Shown here: positions 9,283 to 23,914 of the stretch, one piece after another
Layout of the letters: each line of letters starts with the position of its first letter
Position numbering within the stretch: the first letter of the stretch is position 1
Assembly (NCBI GenBank): GCA_035285125.1
Contig: JAYKHR010000074.1
Coordinates: 1 to 64,000 of the forward strand
Reading direction: 5' to 3'
Length of the DNA stretch: 64,000 bases
Origin: Candidatus Sericytochromatia bacterium
GTDB lineage: Bacteria > Cyanobacteriota > Sericytochromatia > S15B-MN24 > JAQBPE01
The notes under the pieces: generated by a model
Told to the model about the DNA's origin: nothing
Database searches by the model: none
Seen by the model: the letters and a program-made list of their open reading frames with translations, nothing else
Translations under genes and position numbers: made by a program

Positions 9283-10914
9283 TCAGGTCGCGGCGGGCGG
9301 CACGCTCGCGACGGTGGTCATGTTACGCCCGTGCTGCTTGCTGTGGTAGAGCGCTTGATCGGCGCGCTCGAAGAGCTGGTGGGCGTTGCCGCCGTTGGCG
9401 GGGAACACGGCCACCCCGATGGAGACCGTCACGCGCAGCGACTCGCCATTCGGGCCGGGCAAGGGGGTGTTCGCGATGTTCTCGCGGATTCGTTCAGCCA
9501 CGATCCGCGCCCCCTCGGCGTTGGTCTCGGGCAGCATCAGCACGAGCTCCTCGCCGCCGTAGCGGCCGGGAATGTCCAGCCCCTGACGGATGGCCCGCTT
9601 GACGATGTGGGCGACGAGCTTGATGACCTCATCGCCGGTCTGGTGGCCGTAGGTGTCGTTGAACTTCTTGAAGTGGTCGATGTCCATCACCAGGAGCGAG
9701 AACATACGGCCGTAGCGCGCGGACCGGTTCGCCTCTTCGTCCATGCGAATCATAAAGAAGGTGCGGACGTATAGGCCCGTGAGGCCGTCCATGGTCGCCT
9801 GGCGGTAGAGGCGGGCGTTGTCGATGGCGAGGCTGGCGACGTTGGCGATGTTCGTCAGCACAGCCATCTCCTTCTCGAGCGACTGCATCGCGTTGGAGCG
9901 CGCGTCGATGTACAGCAGGCCTGACAGGCCCTGCTGGCCCTTGAGCGGCACGGCCACCACCGAGTTGAGTTTCAGGCTGACGACGGAGAGCTTCGCCGAG
10001 AACTCCTCGTCGCTGGAGGTGTCGAAGACATACACGCCCTGCTGGGTGTTGAGGACCTTCTGGCAGACGGACCGGGAAAGCTCCCGGCTGGCCTGCGCGT
10101 TCAGGGGGCCGCCGCGATCGCGGCCCGCCCCGAAACGCAGCTGGCCGTTGTTCATCAGCAGGATGAAGGCCCGCTCAGCCTGCGTGACCTCGAGCGAGAT
10201 GCCCGCAACCTGGTCGAGCAGCTGGTCGAGCTCCAGCGTGCGCGAGATGGCTTGATAGAGCTTGTTCAGCAGCTCCAGGTTTTGTCTCCGCGCCGTCTGT
10301 TCCGCATTGTTGCGGGCGTTCAAGCCGGCGCGCGTGATGATGGGCGCCAGCTGCTGCAGCAGCTTGACGTCTCGGCCGAGGAACGGAAGCCCGTCCGACC
10401 GGTCAACGTACAGGGCGCCCTCGATCTTGTCGTTGTCGATGAGCGGGACCGCCACCACGGAGGACAGCGTCACGTCGTAGGCCGCGCAGTCCTCGGAGAG
10501 GTCGTGGTCGTTGGAGACATCATCCCGGTAGAACGGCTCCTCAGAGGCGAACACCTTGTCAACGACCTTGCGCGCGATTTTTTCGTAAATCCACGCGTTG
10601 CCGTCCTTCTTCTTCGCCGACTTGAACCGCTCGGTGAAGGACTTCTCGGTGTCCCGCAGGCTCACCTGGCAGCGGTCGGCCTCGGCGATCTTGAGCACGC
10701 TCGTGAGGGTTCGTTCGAGAACCTGCTCAAGGTCCGTGGCCCCGGCCACCGCACCGGCGAACTCGATAATCTGGGCGAGCCGCTCCTCTGGCGAGGGCCC
10801 GTCCCCATCGGCGGAGGAACTCCAGCCATCCATCCGGCCAAGCTTGTGGTCGAGCTGGCGGACAAGGTCCCGGATTTCCTCGAGCTGGTTGGTCTGGCCA
10901 GTCTGGGAGATCAA
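9283..10914 (-). CDS. GAF-GAF-GGDEF diguanylate cyclase
   Basis: Likely TTG start after GAGGA; two GAF-like segments, DGLTGLY, DIDHFKKFNDTYGHQTGD, RYGGEEL. Confidence 0.9.
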   Translation of the reverse strand: MISQTGQTNQLEEIRDLVRQLDHKLGRMDGWSSSADGDGPSPEERLAQIIEFAGAVAGATDLEQVLERTLTSVLKIAEADRCQVSLRDTEKSFTERFKSAKKKDGNAWIYEKIARKVVDKVFASEEPFYRDDVSNDHDLSEDCAAYDVTLSSVVAVPLIDNDKIEGALYVDRSDGLPFLGRDVKLLQQLAPIITRAGLNARNNAEQTARRQNLELLNKLYQAISRTLELDQLLDQVAGISLEVTQAERAFILLMNNGQLRFGAGRDRGGPLNAQASRELSRSVCQKVLNTQQGVYVFDTSSDEEFSAKLSVVSLKLNSVVAVPLKGQQGLSGLLYIDARSNAMQSLEKEMAVLTNIANVASLAIDNARLYRQATMDGLTGLYVRTFFMIRMDEEANRSARYGRMFSLLVMDIDHFKKFNDTYGHQTGDEVIKLVAHIVKRAIRQGLDIPGRYGGEELVLMLPETNAEGARIVAERIRENIANTPLPGPNGESLRVTVSIGVAVFPANGGNAHQLFERADQALYHSKQHGRNMTTVASVPPAAT

Positions 10915-10994
10915 GGCTGTTCCTCGCGAGGCGTGAGTGGAGCACGGGTGTCTCAGGGGTCGCCCCACGCGACCGCCGCTGCGAAACCACGTGT

Positions 10995-11080
10995 ATTATA
11001 CCTGCCGCCGAACCTTCCAAACTTTTGTGGCTGCCGAGGGCGCCCACAACGCGTGGGCAGGGGATGTTGAGCGGTATAAT
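10995..11080. promoter_or_regulatory. Divergent sigma70 -10 elements (TATAAT at 10995-11000 on -, 11075-11080 on +)
   Basis: Perfect TATAAT on each strand between divergent genes. Confidence 0.55.
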
Positions 11081-11145
11081 GCTCTCGGTCACCCCCTGGC
11101 GGCGCCTCGAGCGCCGCGCGAGGCTCAACGACGAGGTTGTTCCCC

Positions 11146-13454
<2,309 letters not shown>

Positions 13455-13458
<4 letters not shown>

Positions 13459-14444
13459 GCGACGCCGACGCGATCGCCGCGGGGGTGCTGCAACGCCACC
13501 CCCGGTCGATCGCCCGCGCCATCAGCTGGCTCGAGAACGGGCACCCGCAGGCAGAGGCCGTGCTGGAGCGGATCTACCCCCACACGGGAGGGGCTCGGAC
13601 CGTCGGCGTCACAGGCCCCCCGGGTGCCGGCAAGAGCACGCTGGTGGATCGGCTCGTGGCCGTCATCCGGCGGGCCGGCCACCGGGTCGGGGTGGTCGCG
13701 GTCGACCCTGCCAGCCCCTTCTCCGGCGGCGCGATCCTCGGAGACCGGGTGCGCATGACCGACGTCGCCGCCGACACCGGCGTGTTCGTGCGCTCGATGA
13801 GCAACCGGGGCCACCTCGGCGGCCTTGCTGTCGCCACGGAGGCCGCAACGGCGGTGCTCGACGCCGCCGGGTACGACGTGGTGGTGGTCGAGACCGTCGG
13901 CGTGGGGCAGTCGGAGATTGAAATCGCCTCGCTCGCCGACACCACCCTGCTGGTGCAGCCTCCGCACCTCGGGGACGGCGTTCAGGCCGTGAAGGCGGGC
14001 ATCATGGAGGTGCCTCAGGTCTTCGTGATCAACAAGGCCGACTTGCCTGGCGCCCGTCAGGCGGCCGCCGAGATAGAGGCCTACCTCGATCTCCTCGCAG
14101 CCCCGGAGGGGGCCTGGCGGCCCCCCGTCCTGCTAGCCTCGGCGACCGCGCCGACCGACGATGGTGTCGTCCCGCTCTGGGAAGCCATCCGGGCCCACTG
14201 GCGTTGGTGTGACGCGCAAGGGCACCTGACGGCGCTGCGCGAGGCGCGGATTCGCCAGCAACTGTGGCGCGAGGCCGAGCGAGAGGCCGCGGCGCGCGTG
14301 CGGGCCTTCGCCGAGGGGCCGGCGCTGGCGCAGGCCCTGGCCTCCATCCGGTCGCGAACCGCCACGCCCGCAGCCGCCGCGCGCAGGCTGGTGGACGCCG
14401 CGTGGCAAACGCCCCCGCCAGAGGGCAGGGGCGCCCTGCTCTGA
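13455..14444 (+). CDS. meaB: Methylmalonyl-CoA mutase-associated GTPase MeaB/ArgK
   Basis: GPPGAGKST, AVDPASPFSGGAILGDRVRM, ETVGVGQSE, NKAD. Confidence 0.92.
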
Positions 14445-14576
14445 CAGCCAGGACCGGCGCCCGGCGAACCAGGTGGCAAACGGCTCCCTGACGCGGTCAA
14501 GTAACATCGCCGAGAACGGTCACCCTGACTGGCGCTGACGCGGTTCGGGCCGGGTCGGCGGGTCGTGGCAAGTCGT

Positions 14577-14595
14577 CGAACATACGTTCTATAAT
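14577..14595 (+). promoter_or_regulatory. LexA (SOS) box CGAACATACGTTCT overlapping a TATAAT -10
   Basis: GAAC-N4-GTTC palindrome within 14577-14590; TATAAT at 14590-14595. Confidence 0.75.
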
Positions 14596-14659
14596 TCAAC
14601 CACCGAGGCGGCCCATCGGAGGGCGCGCCGACGGCCTGGACGAAAGGACGGCTGCATCC

Positions 14660-15373
14660 ATGAAACTCCTGCTCACGGGCACGGTTCAGCACCACCACGA
14701 CGACCGCCACGAGGCCACCCTGAAGGCGATGCGGCGCACACGCGACGGGCTGTCGGCGGAGGCCTTCCTCCTTCGGTTCGTCAGCCCCGACGCCTACCGG
14801 GAGTTCTGCGGCCGGCACCCACAGGGCGCGGGCGTGCAGGTCACTGGCCTCGTGCGCCAGGCCCGGACACCTCTCCGGGATCGCGCGACGGGAAGCCCCT
14901 TGCACGGTGCTGGCGGCAACGCGCTACACGAACAGGTGCTCACGCTCGAGGTACGAGAGTCGCGCAGCCAGGAACCACCGGCAGACGGCGACCTCCTTTA
15001 CGCCCATGGGATGGTCGGCCTGGTCGACAAGCGGGAGGGCCTGAAGACCAGCGCCAACGGGCTGCCGTGGCTGCGCGTGCGGGTGGCCTACAACCACTAC
15101 AAGCGCCCGACAGAGGCCGAGGGACAGGCCGACTACTACGACCTGGTCGCCTTTGGGCCCCTCGCCGAGGGCCTCGCCGGCCTGGAGCGCGGGGACCGGT
15201 TCATCGTGGACCACGCCATCCCCGCCACCAGCCCCTACGAGCTGCGCGAGGCCGCCCACAGCGACGGCACCCCGGTCACGCGCCGCGGGTTGGAATTGAC
15301 GCTGAAGGAGTTCACCTTCCTGCCCCGCCTCCGGGCGACCCAGCGGCCTGAGCCCGAGGCGCTGCCGTTCTGA
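14660..15373 (+). CDS. SSB-like OB-fold protein
   Basis: C-terminal half resembles SSB (KTSANG..WLRVRVAYN...ADYYDLVAFGPLAE..AGLERGD); ends EPEALPF like the SSB acidic tip. Confidence 0.65.
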   Translation: MKLLLTGTVQHHHDDRHEATLKAMRRTRDGLSAEAFLLRFVSPDAYREFCGRHPQGAGVQVTGLVRQARTPLRDRATGSPLHGAGGNALHEQVLTLEVRESRSQEPPADGDLLYAHGMVGLVDKREGLKTSANGLPWLRVRVAYNHYKRPTEAEGQADYYDLVAFGPLAEGLAGLERGDRFIVDHAIPATSPYELREAAHSDGTPVTRRGLELTLKEFTFLPRLRATQRPEPEALPF

Positions 15374-15536
15374 CCAGGCTCCAACGCCCCCTGCTTCCGG
15401 CGCGAGGACCGGAGAGGGGGCGACCCCACAGCGGCCACGCTGCCGTTCCGTGGTATATCAACAGGGCCGCTGGTGCGAACGGGCCTCGCGCCCCAGCCGT
15501 GCCAGCGGCGTTGCCCCGGTCGGAAAGGCCTCGAAC

Positions 15537-17678
<2,142 letters not shown>

Positions 17679-17681
17679 GCG

Positions 17682-19814
17682 ATGCCTCGCAAGACCAAGC
17701 CAGCGGCTCCTGCCGCCTCCCCCACGGCCAATGCCCCCGCCACCGGGTGGGAGCTCACGCCGTTCGACCTTTACCTGCTCTACGAGGGCACGCACTACAG
17801 GTCCTTCGAGAAGCTCGGGGCTCATGCCCGAGAGGTCGACGGCCGGCGTGGCTTCCAGTTCACGGTGTGGGCCCCCAACGCCCGGGAGGTCAGCGTCATC
17901 GGCGACTGGAACGGCTGGCGGCCGGGCCAGAACCCACTGCACCCCGTCGAGGGCGGCACTGGTCTCTGGACGGGCTTCGTGCCCGATCTGCCGCCGGGCG
18001 CCCGCTACAAGTACGAGATCGCCTCTGCGGCCACCCACCACGTGGTGTCGAAGGCTGATCCTTACGCCTTCGCCACGGAACCCCCCCCCGGCACCGCGTC
18101 CCGCACGGCCGAGTTGGGGGGCTACGCGTGGGGGGACGAAACTTGGATGGCCCAGCGGCGCGAGCGCCAGGCGCCTGACGCCCCCATCTCGATCTACGAG
18201 GTCCATCTCGGCTCGTGGCGTCGGGGCCCTGAGGGGCGGTGGCTGTCGTACCGCGAGCTCGCACCACACCTGGCGGCCTACGTGAAGGACCTGGGCTACA
18301 CCCACGTCGAGTTGCTCCCCATTACCGAGCATCCCTTTTACGGCTCGTGGGGTTACCAGACCACGGCCTACTTCGCCCCGACGGCACGATACGGTGAGCC
18401 CCACGACCTGATGTTCCTGATCGATGCGTTGCACCAGGCTGGCATCGGCGTCATCCTAGACTGGGTGCCCGCCCACTTCCCCAGGGACGAGCACGGCCTG
18501 GCCTACTTCGACGGCACCCACCTCTACGAGCACCAGGATCCTCGCCAGGGGCTACACACCCACTGGAACACCTTCATCTTCAACTTCGGGCGCCGGGAGG
18601 TGGCAAACTTCCTGATTTCGAGCGCCATGTTCTGGCTGGAGCAGTACCACATCGATGGGTTGCGGGTGGATGCCGTTGCCTCGATGCTCTACCTCGACTA
18701 CGGCCGGAACGAGGGGGAGTGGGTGCCCAACGCCTTCGGGGGGCGCGAGAACCTGGAGGCCATCGCCTTCCTGCGCCAGTTCAATGAGGTCATCACCTCG
18801 CAGTGCCCTGGCGCCATCACCATCGCCGAGGAAAGCACCGCTTGGCCGAAGGTCACGGGGTCCCCCGCGGAGGGCGGGCTGGGCTTCACCTACAAGTGGA
18901 ACATGGGCTGGATGCACGACATGCTGGAGTACATGGCCACCGATCCGCTGTTCCGGCAGCACCACCACAACAAGCTGACCTTCTCGATGATGTACGCCTA
19001 CGCTGAGCGCTACGTGCTGGCGTTCTCGCACGACGAGGTGGTCCACCTGAAGCGCTCCATGGCCGGCAAGATGCCCGGGGACGACTGGCAGAAGCTCGCG
19101 GGGCTGCGGCTGCTCTTCGGCTACATGACCGGCCATCCTGGCAAGAAGCACCTTTTCATGGGGCAGGAATTCGGCCACTGGTGGGAGTGGAACCACGACG
19201 GGGAGCTGGCCTGGCACCTGCTGCAGCAGCCCCCTCACCAGGGCCTTGCCCTGTGGGTGCGCGACCTGAACCACCTGCTGGCCGCCGACCGGTGCCTCAG
19301 CGCAGGCGACCACCACCCCTGGGGCTTCAAGTGGGTCGACTGCCACGACGCCTGGAACAGCGTGGTGTCCTTCCTCCGCTACGACGCGGAGGACCCCACC
19401 CAGGCCCTGCTCTTCGTGTGCAACTTCACGCCGGTGCCGCGGACGGGCTACCCCGTCGGCGTGCCCTGGGGCGGCACCTGGACGGAGGTGCTGAACTCCG
19501 ACGCCGCCATCTACGGCGGCAGCGGCCTGGGCAACCAGGGGGGCCTGGAGGCCGAGGCCCAGCCGATGCACGGGCTGGAGCACCGCCTGACGCTGGCCCT
19601 GCCCCCGCTGGCGACCCTGGTCTTCAAGGCCCCGACGGCTCCGAGCGTGGCCGCCGCCCCCGAAGTGGAAGCCCCCCGCAAGACCCGCAAGCATGGTGGC
19701 GAAGAGGTCGCAAAGCAGCCCGCAGCGGCCAAGGCCAGCAAGGGCGCGAGCCCGTTGGGGAAGAGTCGGTCAGCCCGGTCGACCGGGGCTCAGAAGGCCC
19801 CGCGCAAGACCTGA
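17682..19814 (+). CDS. glgB: 1,4-alpha-glucan branching enzyme GlgB, with basic C-terminal tail
   Basis: VWAPNA, IYEVHLGSW, SWGYQ, DGLRVDAVASMLY, AEEST, SHDEVVH. Confidence 0.95.
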   Translation: MPRKTKPAAPAASPTANAPATGWELTPFDLYLLYEGTHYRSFEKLGAHAREVDGRRGFQFTVWAPNAREVSVIGDWNGWRPGQNPLHPVEGGTGLWTGFVPDLPPGARYKYEIASAATHHVVSKADPYAFATEPPPGTASRTAELGGYAWGDETWMAQRRERQAPDAPISIYEVHLGSWRRGPEGRWLSYRELAPHLAAYVKDLGYTHVELLPITEHPFYGSWGYQTTAYFAPTARYGEPHDLMFLIDALHQAGIGVILDWVPAHFPRDEHGLAYFDGTHLYEHQDPRQGLHTHWNTFIFNFGRREVANFLISSAMFWLEQYHIDGLRVDAVASMLYLDYGRNEGEWVPNAFGGRENLEAIAFLRQFNEVITSQCPGAITIAEESTAWPKVTGSPAEGGLGFTYKWNMGWMHDMLEYMATDPLFRQHHHNKLTFSMMYAYAERYVLAFSHDEVVHLKRSMAGKMPGDDWQKLAGLRLLFGYMTGHPGKKHLFMGQEFGHWWEWNHDGELAWHLLQQPPHQGLALWVRDLNHLLAADRCLSAGDHHPWGFKWVDCHDAWNSVVSFLRYDAEDPTQALLFVCNFTPVPRTGYPVGVPWGGTWTEVLNSDAAIYGGSGLGNQGGLEAEAQPMHGLEHRLTLALPPLATLVFKAPTAPSVAAAPEVEAPRKTRKHGGEEVAKQPAAAKASKGASPLGKSRSARSTGAQKAPRKT

Positions 19815-21364
19815 CGAAGCACGGCATCGTCCATCGGCCACACCGCCACCTCGCCCAGGCGCGTGGGGATGGCGGCGGTGAGGCCGGCGCCGCGGTTCTT
19901 CTTGTCCAGCCTCATCGCCTCGAAGAGCGACTCCGTGTCGAGGGCAGGCGGGGCGGTCGGTAGCCCCAGCCTCCGCAGGAGGACACGCAGGCGCTCTGGC
20001 AGGGTGGCCTCCGTCAGGCTCATTCGCGCCCCGACCTCCGCCTCCAGAACCATCCCGACCGCCACGGCCTCACCATGAGTAAGCCGCTCGAAGCCGGCAA
20101 CGGCTTCCAGGGCATGGCCGATGGTGTGCCCGACGTTAAGCCAGGCCCTGGGCCCGCCGGGGGCCTCCCGCTCGTCTTCGGCGATGATGCGCGCCTTAAG
20201 CGCACAGCAGCGCGCCACGAGGTGAGACAGGAAGGGCAGCGGGCGGCCTTCGAGCGCCTCCGCGCCCGACTCGAGGGCCTCGAACAGCGCAGGATCACCG
20301 AGCACGCCGTACTTGACGACCTCCGCAAGCCCTGACCGGTACTCTCGCTCGGACAGCGTCAGCAGGGTCACCGGGTCGGCGACGACCGCCCGAGGCTGAT
20401 GGAACGCCCCGACCATGTTCTTCGCCGCCGGGTGGTTGAGGGCCGCCTTGCCCCCCACGGCGGCATCTACCTGGGCCAGCAACGTGGTTGGCACGTGGAC
20501 CAGCGGCACGCCGCGCATGTAGGTGGCCGCGACGAAGCCGGCCAGGTCCCCGACCACGCCACCGCCGAGGGCCACCACCGGGCTGTGCCTGCCAAGCCCG
20601 GCCCGGGCGCAGGCGTCGTACAGGCGCTGCGCCCAGCTGAGCGACTTGCTGGCCTCGCCCGCCGGCACGCGCTCCAGCCAGGGGTGCCAGCCCCCGAGAC
20701 GCAGCGCAGCCACGGCCACCTCCACGTGCCAGGCCGGCACGCCCTCGTCCGTGACCAGCAGACACGGCCCGGGGTCGCCAGGCACGTGCCGGGGAAGCTC
20801 GCTGAGCAGCCCTGGCGCCACGACCACGTCATAGGACCGCTCGCCGAGCGCCACCGACACGGTGGCGCCGCCTTTGGTCAGGTCCTCGGCAATTTCCGCC
20901 GCGATCGCGGCCGGCTCACCCGAACGGGTGTCGTAGGCCAGCGGGAAGCGGTCGTAGAGCAAGCGACGCACCGCGTGGCGCGCAGCGAAGAGCTCCCGGT
21001 CCCGAGCGAGCGGCCGCCTGGCATCACCCCGCACCCGCTCCCAGAGCACCTCCAAGGGGGCATCCAGCAGCACCACGGGACCGATGGCAGCCAGCATGGC
21101 CCTGGCCTCGTCATCGGTGACGGCGCCGCCACCTGTTGCAACCACAAGCCCCTCCTGGCCGACGAGCGTGGCGATGGCCTGCCGCTCCCAGAGCCGGAAG
21201 TGCGTCTCCCCCTCCCCGACCAGCTCCGCCGGCGTGCGGCCGGACATCTCGGTGACCAGCGCGTCCGTGTCGATGAACCGCCAGCCCAGGTGCGCCGCAA
21301 GCGCGTGCCCGACCGTCGTCTTGCCGGCCCCCATGTAGCCAGTGAGCACCACGCAGCGCGTCAT
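19790..21364 (-). CDS. aroB: Bifunctional shikimate kinase / 3-dehydroquinate synthase (AroK-AroB fusion)
   Basis: N-terminal GYMGAGKTT, DTD, ATGGG; C-terminal GGGVVGDLAGF, PTTLLAQVDA, LNVGHTIGHALE, DKK. Confidence 0.92.
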   Translation of the reverse strand: MTRCVVLTGYMGAGKTTVGHALAAHLGWRFIDTDALVTEMSGRTPAELVGEGETHFRLWERQAIATLVGQEGLVVATGGGAVTDDEARAMLAAIGPVVLLDAPLEVLWERVRGDARRPLARDRELFAARHAVRRLLYDRFPLAYDTRSGEPAAIAAEIAEDLTKGGATVSVALGERSYDVVVAPGLLSELPRHVPGDPGPCLLVTDEGVPAWHVEVAVAALRLGGWHPWLERVPAGEASKSLSWAQRLYDACARAGLGRHSPVVALGGGVVGDLAGFVAATYMRGVPLVHVPTTLLAQVDAAVGGKAALNHPAAKNMVGAFHQPRAVVADPVTLLTLSEREYRSGLAEVVKYGVLGDPALFEALESGAEALEGRPLPFLSHLVARCCALKARIIAEDEREAPGGPRAWLNVGHTIGHALEAVAGFERLTHGEAVAVGMVLEAEVGARMSLTEATLPERLRVLLRRLGLPTAPPALDTESLFEAMRLDKKNRGAGLTAAIPTRLGEVAVWPMDDAVLRQVLRGAF

Positions 21365-21834
21365 CCCGCAGCCCCCCCCGAGCGGGTGCGCAGCAGGCGG
21401 ATGGCGGCCTGCAGCCCCAACACGTACGACCCCCCCCCGAACCCCGAGACCACCCCGTCGACCACGGCGCTGACGTAGGAGGCGTGGCGGAAGGGCTCTC
21501 GCTGCCAGATGTTGGAGAGGTGGACCTCCACCTTGACGCCGGCATAGGCGGCCAGCGCGTCGCGTAGCGCCACCGAGGTGTGGGTCAGGGCGGCCGGGTT
21601 GATGACGATCGCGTCGATGCCCTGGTCGAGGGCCCCCTGGATCCAATCGACCAGCACACCTTCGTGGTTGCTCTGCCGGCACGTCACCCCCGCCCCCATC
21701 GCCGCCCCACGCGCGACGACCTCGGCATCGAGTTCCGCCAGCGTGGCGGCGCCGTAGATCTCCGGCTCACGGCGCCCGAGCAGGTTCAGGTTCGGCCCAT
21801 GCAGCACCCAGATGTTCCACGTCGGCGCGCTCAT
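21361..21834 (-). CDS. aroQ: Type II 3-dehydroquinate dehydratase
   Basis: HGPNLNLLGRREPEIYG, QSNHEG, EVHLSN, REPFRH. Confidence 0.95.
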   Translation of the reverse strand: MSAPTWNIWVLHGPNLNLLGRREPEIYGAATLAELDAEVVARGAAMGAGVTCRQSNHEGVLVDWIQGALDQGIDAIVINPAALTHTSVALRDALAAYAGVKVEVHLSNIWQREPFRHASYVSAVVDGVVSGFGGGSYVLGLQAAIRLLRTRSGGAAG

Positions 21835-23057
21835 CGTCCCGCGTCCTCGGCGGGACGCGGGACGCGAACCCCCACCAGCGCCTCGCTGGCCGCGTGGTGC
21901 GCCAGCAACTCGGCGAGAGAGTCCCCACCGTACTTCTCGACACAAGCCTCAGCCAGCACCCAGGCCACCATGGCCTCAGCCACGACGGCCGCCGCCGGGA
22001 CAGCACAGGTGTCGGCCCGCTCGAAGTGCGCCTCGACGGCGCTCCCGTCGCCGAGGTCCGCTCCCCTGAGCGAGCGGGCCTGGGTCGAGATGGGTTTCAT
22101 GACGGCCTGCAGGCAAAGCGGCTGCCCGTTGGTCATGCCGCCCTCCAGGCCGCCCGCCCGGTTTGAGCGGCGCCCGAAGCCAGCCTCGAACTCGTCGTGG
22201 GCCTCCTGCCCCGTGCGGCCCGCCAGCGCGAAGCCGTCCCCGAACGACACGCCCTTGAGGGCCTGAATGCTGACGACGGCCTGCGCGAGGCGACCATCGA
22301 GGCGGCGGTCCCAATGCACGTGGGAGCCCAACCCAACGGGCAGCGGACCGGTGCGAACCTCGACGACGCCCCCCAGGGACGTCCCGGCAGCCGCGGCCGC
22401 ATCGATGGCCGCGACCATGCGTGCCGCTGCCTCAGGCTGGGCGCAGCGCACGGGAGAGCCCTCGGCCGCCCCGCGCAGCGCCTCCAGCGGAAGGGCCGCA
22501 ACCGCCTCCGCCTCCCGCGGGCTCAGGGCTGCCGCCCCGATGGCCACCACGTGGCTCGTGAGCTCGATTCCCAAGGCCCGCAGCAGCACCCGGGCGATTG
22601 CCCCGGCAGCAACCCGGGCTGCCGTCTCGCGCGCGCTGGCCCGCTCGAGGACGTCTCGCACGTCCGAGAGCCCGTACTTCACGGCCCCCGCCCAGTCGGC
22701 GTGCCCGGGGCGAAGCCTGGCAATGGTGCGCTCAGCGATCGCGGCCTGCCGGGCGTCGTCGCTCGGGTCTGGCGGCTCAGGCGACATCGCCAGGGCCCAG
22801 CTGGCGTGGTCCCGGTTCTCGATGCGAAGGGCCACGGGAGCCCCCGTCGTGACGCCGAGCCGCACCCCGGCCTCGAACACGACATGGTCTCGCTCGATGA
22901 GCTGACGGGCGCCGCGACCGTGGCCTTGCTGGCGGCGAACCAGGTCGGCGTTTAGCACGGCCGCCTGGAGCGGGAGCCCGGCGGGCAGCCCCTCCACCAC
23001 CACCGTGAGGCACGGGCCGTGAGACTCTCCCGCCGTGAGGAACCGCATCGCGCTCAT
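21831..23057 (-). CDS. aroC: Chorismate synthase
   Basis: RFLTAGESHG, RPGHAD, ERASARETA, GGLEGGMTNG, MKPIST. Confidence 0.95.
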   Translation of the reverse strand: MSAMRFLTAGESHGPCLTVVVEGLPAGLPLQAAVLNADLVRRQQGHGRGARQLIERDHVVFEAGVRLGVTTGAPVALRIENRDHASWALAMSPEPPDPSDDARQAAIAERTIARLRPGHADWAGAVKYGLSDVRDVLERASARETAARVAAGAIARVLLRALGIELTSHVVAIGAAALSPREAEAVAALPLEALRGAAEGSPVRCAQPEAAARMVAAIDAAAAAGTSLGGVVEVRTGPLPVGLGSHVHWDRRLDGRLAQAVVSIQALKGVSFGDGFALAGRTGQEAHDEFEAGFGRRSNRAGGLEGGMTNGQPLCLQAVMKPISTQARSLRGADLGDGSAVEAHFERADTCAVPAAAVVAEAMVAWVLAEACVEKYGGDSLAELLAHHAASEALVGVRVPRPAEDAGR

Positions 23058-23914
23058 CGCCAGGCCTCCGCGTCCGTGCCCCCCACGGCCTCCCGCAGCG
23101 GCTCCAGCGGGGGCGCGACGCCCGTCCACCGCTCGAACGACAGGGCGGCTTGCCGCACGAGCATCTCCCGGCCGTCCCCCGCCACCAGGCCACGGCCACG
23201 CGCTCGCTTCACCAGCGTGGTGTCTTCGAGGCGATAGACCAGATCCACCACCACCGCGTCGGCAGGCAAGGCGGCCAGCACCTCGCCCGGCAACGGACAG
23301 GCATCGCCATGGCTGCCCACGGGCGTGGCGTTGACCACCACCTTGCAACGAGGGGCGCGATCCACCAGCGCGGGAACATCTGCCAGGCTCACGGCGGCGC
23401 CAGCCATCCCGGGCACCAGCGCAGCGCGGAGTTCCTCGGCCCCTTGCTCCCGGCGGGCGACCACGTGGAGCGCCTCGCAGCCGCGCGACGCCAGCGCCAG
23501 AGCCACGGCGCGGGCTGCGCCGCCAGCCCCGATGAGCAAGGCCTCACCGTCGGTGGGCGTGCTCGGTGGCAAAGCCGCCAGAAAGCCGCCCACATCGGTG
23601 TTGTCTCCGATGAGGCGGCCCCCCTCCCAGAAGAGCGTGTTGACGGCCCCCACGCGGGATGCGAGCGCCGTCAGGCCGTCGAGCAGGGGCACCACGGCAA
23701 CCTTGTGGGGGATCGTGACGTTGACCCCGGCCAACCCGAAGGCCCGCACGCCTCGCACCCCGTCCGACAGGAGGTCCGGCACCACCGGCAGCGCGACATA
23801 GTGCCCCGGCAACCCGCAGGCAGCCAGGGCAGCCGTGTGCAGCCGGGGCGACAGCGAGCCGGCCAGGGGAAACCCGATCAAGCCATACAGCGGTGGCGGG
23901 CCACGGTCTTTCAT
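23054..23914 (-). CDS. aroE: Shikimate dehydrogenase
   Basis: SLSPRLH, NVTIPHK, GAVNT, NTD, GAGGAARA, NATPVG. Confidence 0.93.
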   Translation of the reverse strand: MKDRGPPPLYGLIGFPLAGSLSPRLHTAALAACGLPGHYVALPVVPDLLSDGVRGVRAFGLAGVNVTIPHKVAVVPLLDGLTALASRVGAVNTLFWEGGRLIGDNTDVGGFLAALPPSTPTDGEALLIGAGGAARAVALALASRGCEALHVVARREQGAEELRAALVPGMAGAAVSLADVPALVDRAPRCKVVVNATPVGSHGDACPLPGEVLAALPADAVVVDLVYRLEDTTLVKRARGRGLVAGDGREMLVRQAALSFERWTGVAPPLEPLREAVGGTDAEAWR

